From contig NC_092673.1 in NCBI RefSeq assembly GCF_964355755.1, positions 22,627,648 through 22,691,647 of the forward strand: a stretch of DNA of 64,000 bases, given 5' to 3'. Of the stretch, positions 26,901 through 36,955 are shown in pieces. Each line of letters begins with the position of its first letter. Positions within the stretch are counted from its first letter, which is position 1. The notes below the pieces were generated by a model, which was not told the DNA's origin, made no database searches, and saw only the letters and a program-made list of their open reading frames with translations. The translations under genes and the position numbers were made by a program. The DNA is from Antedon mediterranea (Eukaryota > Animalia > Echinodermata).

Positions 26901-28647
26901 AAACAACTGACATTTACAAAATTATTATTTTTTTTGTATTACGCTTTATCTTTTACTAATTGAATAATGAACAATTTTAGAATATCTCTCCAATATCTCA
27001 CCCACCTTCCAATACCAATAATTTAATAAAGTGATCCGCTCAGAATTATTACCTATTTTATCGTGCTAAAAACACATTATATTGACATTAAACGTTCTTT
27101 TTGTTTTACTAATTTACTCATTCATTCATTCATTTATTTGATCAAAATAAATTTCAATAACAATAGGGCCTATACAAGAAAATGTATAAGAATACGATTA
27201 CAAGCAATGCTTTAGAAATGGGAGTTAAAATTGTATAAAACGTCATTAGGCAGAAAATATGAGATCAAAGATTAACAAATACAGTTAGTCCTATTTAATG
27301 TATATTTAAAACAGGTACACGATTGACGTATAGATGTAATTTTGACCAAGATAGCCGAAACAGGTTATTTCTGTTGTCTCTGATGCAACCTATCATGAGA
27401 AATATGTATAATATAGGCCTACCTGTCGACAAGATTGGTAACTGTTGATATGATCGTCTGTATAATATCTTGTTTCGAAGGAATCAATAAATGTAATATT
27501 ATCATTACATAGTATGTCATAATAAGGAGTACCATGATCAACATCAAACATTGCAAGTCCATCAAATACATTATCCTCAAATCTTGAATTCTCTATTGAA
27601 ATTGATCCTAAAGTAGACATTTCCATTCCATAACCGCGATTGCCTTTAACAACAACCTCATTAATGTCAACATCGAAGACGACGCCAGAGAAACGAATTC
27701 CTGACCCAAGACATTCAGCAATATTAACATTGGATAAATATGGAAAGCGTCTTGAATGTGAAGAAATGGCAGGATTACCAGCTTCACGGTCGCTGTTTAC
27801 TCCAGCCAATGATATATCTGTATATCTTAGGAAGCTTCGTTTGTCTTGATCTGCATCGCTTTTGAGCCAACTTATACCAGCCCAGTACGAGGTATTGGAG
27901 AATGTCAAGTTGTGGGGGGAACTTATTGTTGCTGAACAAACAACTCCTAAATAATCTAAAAATTAAGTAAACTATGCATTCATTTATATAATATTGATTA
28001 ATTTAAAATGTTGAAAATGTTTATAACCATAAAGTAAATAAATTCAATAACTTACCTGAACATCTGCTTACATTATTGCGAGGACAATCAACAATTGTTT
28101 CCTCGTTTGAACCACAGTAAACATCATAAAGATTAACTGGTTCTGGTCCTGAACCGAACCCATTGTAGTATCCATTTTTGTATCCAAGTTGACGGCAAAC
28201 TACTAAAGCAGCATTTGTACGAGCGTAATAATTTGCACACACTTGGCCCCATCTACCAGCTTTATACACTAACACACGGCCCTCGTTTTTATTACCCCCG
28301 TTCACCAGTCTTACGTGTGACCATTTGAGATGCCATTCGTCTTTCAAAAATGTTGAATTTCCATAACTGGTCAACACAACATGATTGTCGTCTGTTCCAT
28401 TGCTAATCAAAGTTCCATTAACAAAGATGCCTGTTCCTTCTGCAAAGAACATCTGCACTCCTGCTTGAATGGTAACAGTAGCATTGCTCTGTACATACAG
28501 GTAATCTGTCACAAACACAGGACTATCAGAAGATTTAAACGCTACATCTTCTGAAATTTCACCACTGATGAATGTTTCACCAGCTGAAAAGCTTAAACAA
28601 AATCCAAATATTATAACGGACAACACATTTTTATTAAGTGTTTCCAT
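39..28647 (-). CDS. Giant multi-exon mosaic protein (>4000 aa, 3' end outside window): signal peptide, 3x SRCR/parallel beta-helix/CUB (Bark beetle-like), C-type lectin, EGF, PSI, unassigned region, Cys-rich repeats, VWD, EGF array
   Basis: 36 manually spliced exons with GT-AG ends and matching phases: 28647-28056, 27955-27423, 26906-26672, 25023-22690, 22460-19932, 19563-18751, 18485-18391, 18115-17957, 17532-17436, 12404-12232, 12023-11826, 11613-11512, 10835-10553, 10119-9934, 9790-9547, 9456-9288, 9108-8959, 8740-8583, 8340-8208, 8017-7916, 7708-7528, 7330-7057, 6887-6722, 6394-6109, 5982-5839, 5381-5186, 5007-4868, 4532-4332, 4159-4005, 3658-3529, 3392-3303, 3197-3105, 2869-2780, 2490-2338, 2038-1777, 208-39 (12016 nt). 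The N-terminus METLNKNVLSVIIFGFCLSFSAG looks like a signal peptide. The last exon ends at a GTAAG donor with no stop codon. Confidence 0.85.
278..1475 (-). mobile_element. 5'-truncated L2/CR1-group non-LTR retrotransposon (C-terminal part of RT), intronic
   Basis: ORF 596-1417 has WMKNNFLKLNDEKTE, VRNLGV, SRLDMGNSLLYGLP and LHWLPV motifs. The upstream in-frame YHVYSDDTQ (RT catalytic motif) lies at ~1441-1467. The 3' end is GCGCCTTGAGCAC...GCGCTATAAAAAT followed by a (TTA)n tail at 278-300. Confidence 0.9.
10236..10291. repeat. (GAA)n microsatellite
   Basis: About 17 GAA units with one GGA interruption. Confidence 0.9.
10880..11243 (+). mobile_element. RTE-type LINE 3' fragment (degenerate), intronic
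   Basis: CYRMMLNITRTDRMPNASIY..PLVENIRSRQLKF and KKPGRQRTNFLRYI..GWRKLVVAC* match the C-terminus of RTE-clade ORFs. There are frameshifts and a (TGA)n-like tail. Confidence 0.75.
11826..12404 (-). CDS. EGF-like repeats followed by a PSI domain (mosaic gene exons)
   Basis: CPNQCMGNGLCGRGYCFCNTGWTGKDCS (tenascin/teneurin-type EGF); CIRFKDCKSCAKVEGCGWCDSTRTCLPG (PSI consensus CxxCxxxxxCGWC). Confidence 0.8.
13766..16428 (+). pseudogene. Disrupted Academ protein gene (XPG-like nuclease and Cys finger; transposase core apparently deleted)
   Basis: Exons 13766-13969, 14103-14565 and 14937-16428 splice in phase. Motifs: DLHAADAIYHRQC, DLAIEQTLMRSVKSTGGLTRG, VVFDGY, GDADVLI, GEDTDLLILL, HALTGCDTTSRIYGVGKK, PERLPPT, CNCKTGCGTPRC. 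Frameshifts at ~15390 and ~15540. Confidence 0.82.
14625..14875 (-). mobile_element. CORE-type SINE remnant inside intron 2 of the Academ gene
   Basis: The reverse complement GTGTTTCCTTAAACAAGGAACTTTATCAAC...CCAGGTGTATAAATGG parallels the CORE-SINE central domain. A degenerate tRNA-like head lies at ~14820-14875. Confidence 0.55.
17436..18485 (-). CDS. Divergent C-type lectin domain, three exons of the mosaic gene
   Basis: SCQPGYTLEGSQCFSYKPAAVDYNTAKSICF / ...RIWIVD... / CRYLEV...ADCGQRYPTVCER follows the CTLD cysteine pattern; the exons splice in phase. Confidence 0.7.
18751..28647 (-). CDS. N-terminal Bark beetle/Anakonda-like part of the mosaic gene (3 SRCR, 3 CUB-like, PbH1 right-handed beta-helix repeats)
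   Basis: SRCR starts VRLVNGGNKNEGRVLVYKAGRWGQVC, IRLSDGKNQWEGVLEVLKDGNWGSVC and IRLVEGNSRTEGRLQIYVNGEWKYVW. Each is preceded by an SPYxVxxDIxV..LxIxPGV-type segment. There are CUB-like YLTLYDG/IYIYDG motifs, N/G-rich beta-helix repeats, and IDASLSWWG/IDARFNQWG/VDATNNYWG motifs. This combination is known from Drosophila Bark beetle. Confidence 0.85.
25082..26344 (+). mobile_element. Helentron-associated non-autonomous element (HINE/DINE-1-like), intron 3 of the mosaic gene
   Basis: 5' T-run, subTIR TACTTGGCAAAA (25086-25097) with adjacent inverted copy (25103-25114), (TGTA/TGTT)n microsatellite, 3' subTIR TTTTGCCAAGTA (26304-26315), stem-loop CACTCAG-TTT-CTGAGTG (26319-26335), and end in TT. 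Confidence 0.8.
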
Positions 28648-29548
28648 TTTTATTTGAGTTTTTCAATTAGGCCTACCAATAATCGAAACATGCTTAATCG
28701 ATCTCTGTGACGATTACCGAACTGACGAAGATTCTCGGGTAAACAGTTTTTATTCACATCAACTTGCTAAATCATTAACATGATAATAGAGTTAAGAAAG
28801 TTCAGAGTTATTATTAGAAACGAATATATAATAAGCAACGAGCAAACAGGTTTTATGGCAATCCTAGTGACAATTGAATTAATCAATACATGACACTAAC
28901 TGATCAAAAGGTGTACAATTGCATGACATACCATCAGTTCTACCTGAAACAACAATACTTACATTTTCCCAGGTTCTAGATAACGGATTTCAAGGCCTGA
29001 TGCTTTGCTTATAAACGAATGATTTGACATTATTTGAACCAATCATAAACAAGAAATGATTGTACATAATTGCCTCTAACAGAAAACCAAGATATCTAAG
29101 TATTATAATTATAGGCTAAAATTATTTTTAAAGGCCAGGTGCGGGCAAACAATCTATTGATCATACATTTCAATAATTATCGATCTATAGTTTCCCCTAT
29201 GTTTCATAATGTTTGGGATTTTATTTGTGTTACACAAGATTTGTGAAAATAAGCACTTTCTTATCAGTTCAAATTACACAGTAAAATCTCTATTCTTTTG
29301 TACACAAACTTTGTAAATAGAGAGGCATTTTAAAAAGCTATGAAAAATAAACGGTGTGGTAAAAAATGTTATCAGATGACTAAATATAAGTAGTATAACT
29401 TGAATTTTACATTTCTAGTATTTTTATTCAATTTCAGAGCTTTATTTTCATGCTATAACAACATTATCCACCATGTATCCACCATCTTTTTTCACCTTCT
29501 AGGGAGTCACCAGACATGATATTACACTAGGTTAAACTACCTAACTAC

Positions 29549-32500
29549 TAGGCTAGTCAATCTAGCCAAAAAAAAACAGCCCAAAGTGAAACAAATTGCA
29601 AACAGAGATTTTTCTTTTTTAAATGGTCATATATGATGAGGAGATCAAAATTTGAGCATCACACCTCTGTCACTCATCCCGATGATATGCAAATTAGCTT
29701 AAATATGCAAATTACGGTGAAATTACAAGGTTACCATATCTCAAAAACTACTAGTCCGAGAGAGTTGATTTTTTCACTGATCTATTCAAAATGTATATAT
29801 TTATATTTACTCTAATGAAACATTTTACGAAAAAATGACCGGAAGTACAACATTTGACCTTCGACCCCATTTCTCAATGTTTGCATATTATACAATGTGA
29901 CTAAAATGTCTGTAGAGACTTTATTTTGCCCTCAAATGACCCAGACATAGGTTCCTAATAGCCAGCATAGGATCACTTTGTAATTCCCAAAATCACACCT
30001 TTGTCACACACCTCGAAAGTATGCAAATTAGTAGTACAATTTAAATAAAATATGCAAATAAGGGGAAAAAATTACAGTTGTCCTATATCTCGAAAACCAC
30101 TAATGCTAGAGAGCTGATTTTTTCACAGCCGTATTAAAAATGTACATATTTCTATTTGCTCCAATGAAACATTTTACAAAAAATTGACCGGAAGTATGAC
30201 ATTTGACCCTCGACCCCATTTCTCAATATTGCATATATAAATGAAACTAAAATGTCTGTAGAGACTTTGTTTTGCCCTCAAATGACTCCGATACAGGTTT
30301 CTAATAGCCAACATAGGACTGTTTAGTAGATCTCAAAATCACACCTGTATCACTCACCTCCAAAGTATGCAAATTATTAGTACAAGTTACATGAAATATG
30401 CAAATTAGAGGGTGAAATTAAAGGTTCCTATATATCGAAAACCACTAAGGCTAGAGAGTTGATTTTTTCAATAACTTGTTCAGAATGTACATATTTATAT
30501 TTACTCTAATGAAACATTTTACGAAAAAATGACCGGAAATACAACAATTGACCCTCGACCCCATTTATTAATGTTTGCATACATAATGCGACTAAAATGT
30601 CTGTAGAGACTTTGTTTTTGGACTCAAATAACTCGGATACATGTTTCCTATAGTCAGCATAGGACCGCTTTGTAATTCCCAAAATCACGCCTTCGTTTTG
30701 GCATGGTTGGAATTCCCTTTTTTCGTATTAGTTTATGTACAGCGCTTAGAGGTTACACAACATTAGGCGCTATATAAATCCAGGATATTATTATTATTAT
30801 TTCTCAATATTTGCATATAATGCAACTAAAATGTATGTACAGACTTTGTTTTGGCCTCAAATGACTCGGATACAGGTTTTATATAGCCAGTATAAGTCAA
30901 GCACCTCGAAAGTATGCAAATTAGTAGTACAAGCTATATGAAATATGCAAGTTACAGTGAATTGCCTTATGTATCTTGAAAACGCTAATGACCGAGAGAG
31001 AGAGATATGGCAACTTTCTTGTACTACTGAATTGCATACTTTCAAGCGAAGTAACAGAGGTGTGATTTTGAGAATTACTAAACAGTTCTATGCTGGCTAT
31101 AGAAAACCTGTATCTGGGTCATTATTGAAAAAAAAAATTATCGAAAGTATGACATTTGACCCTCGAACCTATTTCTCAATATTTGCATATAATGCAACTA
31201 AAATGTATGTACATACTTTGTTTTGGCCTCAAATGACTTGGATACAGGTTTTATATAGCCAGTATAGGATCGTTTAGTAATTCCAAAAGTCAAGCAACTC
31301 GAAAGTATGCAAATTATTAGTACAAGTTATATGAAATATGCAAATTACAGCCTTATGTATCTCGAAAAACGCTAATGACCGATAGAGATATGGCAACTTT
31401 CACCTCTTGTACTACTAATTTGCATATTTTCTAGGAAAGTAACAAAGGTGTGATTTTGAGAATTACTACAGTTCTACAGTATGCTGGCTATAGAAAACCT
31501 GTATCTGAGTCATTTGAGGCCAAAACAGTCTGTACAGATATTTTAGTTGAATTATATGAAAATATTGAGAAATAGGGTCAAGGGTCAAATGTCATAATTC
31601 AATCAAGACAATTTTTGCATAAAATGTTTCATTACAGCGAATATAAATATGTACATTCTGAATCAACTCTGAATTCAAATCAACTCTCTAGCATTAATGG
31701 TTTTCGAGATATGGGAAGACTGTAATTTCACCCCTAATTTGCATATTTCATGTAACTTGTACTAATAATTTGCATACTTTCAAGGTATGTGACAAAGATG
31801 TGATTTTGGGAATTACAAAGAGGTCCTATGCTGACAATAGGAAAACTGTATCCGAGTCATTTGAGTCCAAAAAAATTATCTACAGACAACTCTCTACCTT
31901 AGCGGTTTTCGATACATATAGGAACCTGTAATTTCACCCCCTAATTTGCATATTTCATGTAACTTGTACTAATAATTTGCATACTTTGAAGGTGAGTGAT
32001 ACAGGTGTGATTTTGAGATTTACTAAACATTCCTATGTTGGCTATTAGAAACCTGTATCCGAGTCATTTGAGGGCAAAACAAAGTCTCTACAGACATTTT
32101 AGTTTTCATTATATATGCAATATTGAGAAATGGGGTCGAGGGTCAAATGTCATAGTTCCGGGCATTTTTTTGTAAAATGTCTCATTACAGCAAATATAAA
32201 TATATACATTTTAAATATTTTAGTGAAAAAATCAACACTCTAGCATTAGCGGTTTTTGAGATATGGCAACGCTGTAATTTCACTCCCTAATTTGCATATT
32301 TAATATTACTTGTACTACTAATTTGCATACTTTCGAGGTGCCTGACGAAGTTGTGATTTTAGGAATTATAATACAGTTCTATGGTGGGTATTGAAAAACA
32401 ATATCCAAGTCATTGAGTCCAAAATAAAGTCTCTACAGACATTTTAATCACATAATATTTATGTAAATATTGAGAAATGGGGTCAAGGGTCAAAATTTGG

Positions 32501-32787
32501 TACTTCCGGACATTTTTATGTAAAATGTCTCATTAGAGCAAATATAAATATATATATTCTGAACCAGACTGTGCAAAAATGAACTCTCTACGATTAGTAG
32601 TTTTTAAGATATGGTAACCCTGTAATTTCACCCTAATTTGCATATTTAAGCTAATTTGCATACCTTCGGGATGAGTGTCAGAGGTGTGATGCTCAAAAAA
32701 TAATCACCTTATCATATGTAACCATTTAAAAAAAAAAAATCTCTGTTTGCAATTTGTTTCACTCAAAATGCTAGATTGACTAGCCTA
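29549..32787. mobile_element. 3.2-kb non-autonomous foldback element with Academ-like termini
   Basis: TIR TAGGCTAGTCAATCTAGC / GCTAGATTGACTAGCCTA; 3-bp TSD TAC at 29546-29548 and 32788-32790. The arms are inverted arrays of a ~340-360-bp unit, with no coding capacity. Confidence 0.85.
30695..30802 (+). mobile_element. L2-type LINE/SINE 3' tail inserted in the foldback element
   Basis: GTACAGCGCTTAGAGG...GGCGCTATATAAAT plus (TTA)n is the same type of 3' stem and tail as the L2 copy at 278-345. It interrupts the repeat unit. Confidence 0.6.
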
Positions 32788-33061
32788 TACTGAAAAAAGG
32801 TTTTCCTGATTTTGTTTTGACAATTTTAAGGGAAATTCATGATTTTTTGTCTTGATTTCAATTACAGTTATTTAATTTATGTACAATTAACCAGATATTA
32901 TATTTAAAATTCATGCCTGTACCTGAGCTGTAAAGTATTCCTTAATTCCTAATTATACATGTGATATTCTTTTGAAAGTTAACTTCGTAAACATTAATAA
33001 TGCTACAAATATTTGTAGGATATTTACGACTTTAAGGCAATAAAATTATAAATTACTGATA

Positions 33062-33403
33062 CTAGAGGGTGAGCTCGCTTCGCTCGCTCCCCCTCTAGGA
33101 AGTGTAGACGATGGTTCTCGGAATGATAAAAATGTTCTTCTTGTAGGCCTACGTTTTCTGTCGGTTACCATTATTGAATATGCTTTAACTGTATATATGA
33201 ACTGTTTTATAAGTTGTTTTGTGACTGTGTAATTTGGTAGTAGTCACTCTCATACTGTAGGCCTACATTTAAAAGTAACACATCCAAATGCCAACTTCAA
33301 GTCAATGGCTACCAGATGTCTCTGTGAGACGGTTATTTGAACCAGTACCAGTACCAGTGACATTCGTAAAACTAATCTATACTCTGTTTCACAGTGTTTT
33401 AGA
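33062..33403 (-). mobile_element. Short non-autonomous Helitron-like element
   Basis: On the minus strand it begins TC after an A and ends in a GC-rich hairpin plus CTAG followed by T (A|TC...CTAG|T). Confidence 0.55.
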
Positions 33404-33656
33404 TGATTAATAACATTTTAAAGTATAGTGTTTATTGTTTGGTAGGGCCCTTTGGGGAGGCGGAGTTCATTTGAGGGAGGTGCTTATTCGAGGGATATAT
33501 GTTAATTTTTTTAGTTTTAATAATATGGTAACATTTATAATCAAATTAAATCCTCTATCTAATAGATATGAAAAGTGGTAAAAAAGAATAACAAATGCTT
33601 GGTAAATCGCGATGAATTCTAATACAAATAGTATAATTGTGTTATTCTAAATGTGG

Positions 33657-35145
33657 ATCAAGTTCAAGTTCAAGTTCAAGTTAAAATTTATTGTCAAATA
33701 CACAGTAAATGAAATTTGCCTTCCAAGGTTCAAATTACAATAAAAATAACAACAGTTAAAAACATACAATACTATACAATGGATAAGATAATATATAAGA
33801 AAATATGCTATGTATAAAACATTATGAACAGTATAAATATTAAAATACTATATAAAGAATAAAATATAAAACGTCTCAAGTTATCTTTTAAATTGCTTGT
33901 TGTATTGCCTGATTGCACACGGAAGAAATGATTTATTATGACGCTCAGTCTTCTTAATTGAAGGAATCCTCCTTCCGGATCTACTGAAATTTATAAAGTT
34001 AAAAAGAGGATGAGACTGGTCGTTAATTATACATTTTAGTTTTTTCTCCATAACCTTATCGCATATATCATGGATAGATGGGACGTTTGCACCTATTACC
34101 TTCTTAGCCATTTTTATTATTCTCTGTAATTTATTTGAGTTATACTTAGATAAACTATTTAGCCATACAATACAGCAAAATGTTAATATGGACTGTATCA
34201 TAGCCTGATGGAATAGAGACAGCGCATCTCTGCCAATATTAAAGTTTCTTAATTTCCTTAAGAAGTACAATCTTTGGTTTGCCTTCGCATAGACTTTGGC
34301 AGTGTTGGCGTTCCATGACAGTTTTTCATCTATCCATACTCCTAAATATTTATGTTCACTAGTTGTGCGGACATCATTATCTTTGATATTTAAAGGTATA
34401 AGTTGCCTCTTAATTTTACGAAAGTCAAACACAATTTCCTTTGTTTTATTTACATTAATACTTAGACAGTTCATATCACACCAGTTAATTATATTATTAA
34501 CTTCAGTTCTATACGTGCTCTCATCATTGTTTACAATTAAGCCTGTGATACAGGTGTCATCAGCAAATTTAACTATTTGACATGATTCACTTCTAAGGTC
34601 ACTTGTATATAATGTGAACAACAATGGAGATAACACGCATCCCTGTGGGGCACCGGTGTTTGAAACAATGATATCAGACAAAACATTATCAATTCTAACA
34701 CGCTGGGTTCTGTTTTTCAAGAAATCTCTGATCCATAGACAAACAAAAGGATTAACATTCATACTAACTAATTTATCAAGAAGTATGTTTGGTTTCATTG
34801 AATTGAAAGCCGAAGAAAAATCTAAAAATAACGTCCTTACATATTGCCTAGGTTTATCCAAAGTTTCATAGATTGGATGCAAGAGGGTAGTTATTGCATC
34901 GTCGACACCTCTATTACTACAGTATGCAAACTGATTATTATCAACAAAAGGCAACGTTTCCTTAATCAATACATCTTTAAATAGCCTCTCAAAGCACTTT
35001 GTAATAATTTGGGTTAGCGCAACAGGACGATAATCATTTAATATTTTCGGCTTAGGTACTTTATTTATTGGGGCTATTATTGAATACTTCCACATGCATG
35101 GGACACAAGAAGAGCTTAACGGACAGTTAAATAATCTACAAAAGA
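33657..35145 (-). mobile_element. 5'-truncated Rex1/Babar-like non-LTR retrotransposon with open RT ORF
   Basis: ORF 33881-35095 has NDYRPVALT, QFAY, LFLDFSSAFN, GAPQGCVLSPLLFTLYT, KFADDT and KANQRLYFLRKL. AATAAA and a (CTTGAA)n tail lie at 33657-33695. Confidence 0.9.
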
Positions 35146-36046
35146 ATCTACGAAAGATGGACGTTTATTAGATAGTTGGGTTGGGGGGGGGGGGGGATTA
35201 TTATTCAAATGGATGTTTTATTGGAGAGGCGTTTATTCAAATAAATACCATCCTAATAATTATTAATACATTATTTAATTTAAACATCTTTTGAAACTAA
35301 CTGCCGTGACAGAGTGGGCCCAAGAAAGAAGACATTACGGCTTGCAACATGGGCAGACATCTCGGTCCTAACGGGACACAGATAGCCTACAGTTATTCCT
35401 GCCGGCTTACTCAATAAAACTCAGCTATCGGGATTTCACTCGATTTTAAACAAAATGTCTTATCATCAAATCTCCCTATGTAATTTTATAATACTATTTC
35501 CCATAATATATTCCGATTTTTATGGCATATATTTAATTTGATCTTTATTAATTTGCAGTATAATTTTTATTTTTTAACTACTGTACCTTCACACACGCGC
35601 GGTCCGTTCCTAAAAAAAAAACTGAAATGGCTATGACTAATGGCCAACTTAAGCTCTAGTCCTACTATCTGTTTTTTTCTTCCTTCTTCCAAAGGGACAC
35701 TGTATTGATTGATGGAAAGTGCCTGTTTCCAGTCACCTTTAGGGTCAAATACTATTATTTTAACTGCTCCCTTGTGTATAAAAGAGAGAAAATAGTTGAA
35801 ACCAAGTTGTTGCAAGGTGAACCCGGAAATTACTTTGACCGCGAAGAATTGAAATTGAGTAGAAAATCTACTGTTGAAATCATACATTTTGTTAAAAAAC
35901 TCTTTATAATATCTTCCTAAGATAGAAATATGGAACAATAGCGTCGAACTGAACACTAATGTTATAAAATCTACGTTTCGCAGTACATCTAAGATAGATA
36001 AGGTAGGTATCGAAGGCAATTTTATGCATTTCTTTTTTTATGTATA

Positions 36047-36396
36047 CTAGATGGTACGCTCGTCGCTCGCGTCGTACCATCTAGGTCGTGTCCACAGATG
36101 GTTATAGTAATTTCCGCGTAAAAAAACTGGTGATTTCAAATGTACGTACCGCAGGACTATAAAACATTGTCGTTTACAGAAACAAATAAATAGACCCAAT
36201 GATTTATGTAGTTAACCAAAATTAGCACCCTGGGAATTACTTCCAAACTGAGTCCAAATTTTTGATTTGACTCATTTAAACAAATCCAATTTGTGATTTG
36301 TATCTAACATTAGGGTTGAGGGTTGGGGATGAGGATAGGTACAAAGAGGAAAATTTTTTAAATAATTATATTCTTTATATTAAATTATGCTTTAGA
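36047..36396 (-). mobile_element. Helitron-like non-autonomous element (3' hairpin clear, 5' end tentative)
   Basis: 12-bp stem CTAGATGGTACG/CGTACCATCTAG at 36047-36084, ending CTAG|T on the minus strand. The flanking sequence resembles the 33062 element. Confidence 0.45.
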
Positions 36397-36955
36397 TTTC
36401 TGTATTATCCACTCAGTAACGAACTATTTTTTTTTATAGGCCTATAAATAATATACCACAAAATAGAGTAAAACATTTCCGATTTAATACTTTGTTAAAA
36501 CTTTCACTGTCATAGTCGATAGAAATAGTAAAGTACATGTAACGATACACCACTACGACGTTTATATTTGTTGTAAATTATTAATTAATACAAACGTTGA
36601 GAAGCAACTGTCAGTAATAAAGTATTATAGCATTATGTATTTATAATCTAAAAGTAGGAGCTACCCACACTCACAGTAATAAAGTTTATTAGTATATTTG
36701 TTTATATTATATCAGCTAACAGTACCTACACTCACAATAAGAAATTTTCGATTCAAATAGTGATCAAAAGTGGTTAATACCTATTTACCAATATTGTATA
36801 GCATTACAATACTATTTATGTTTATTCTCCAAGGGCCCATAAATTTACCTACTTGGACGTGTTAAACCACGGAGGTATGCATCTATGGTTAAACCAAATA
36901 ATTTGGAATGTTCCATTCATTGCAAATCAATACATTTTTATAAACGTATATTAAA

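Noticed and set aside
28700-29040. Additional upstream coding exons for the mosaic gene
   Set aside because: Candidate frames hit stops or need implausibly short introns, and the ATG at 28647 already gives a signal peptide. UTR exons cannot be excluded.
36309-36340. Telomeric repeat (TTAGGG-like)
   Set aside because: Only one or two degenerate units, inside a probable Helitron-like element.
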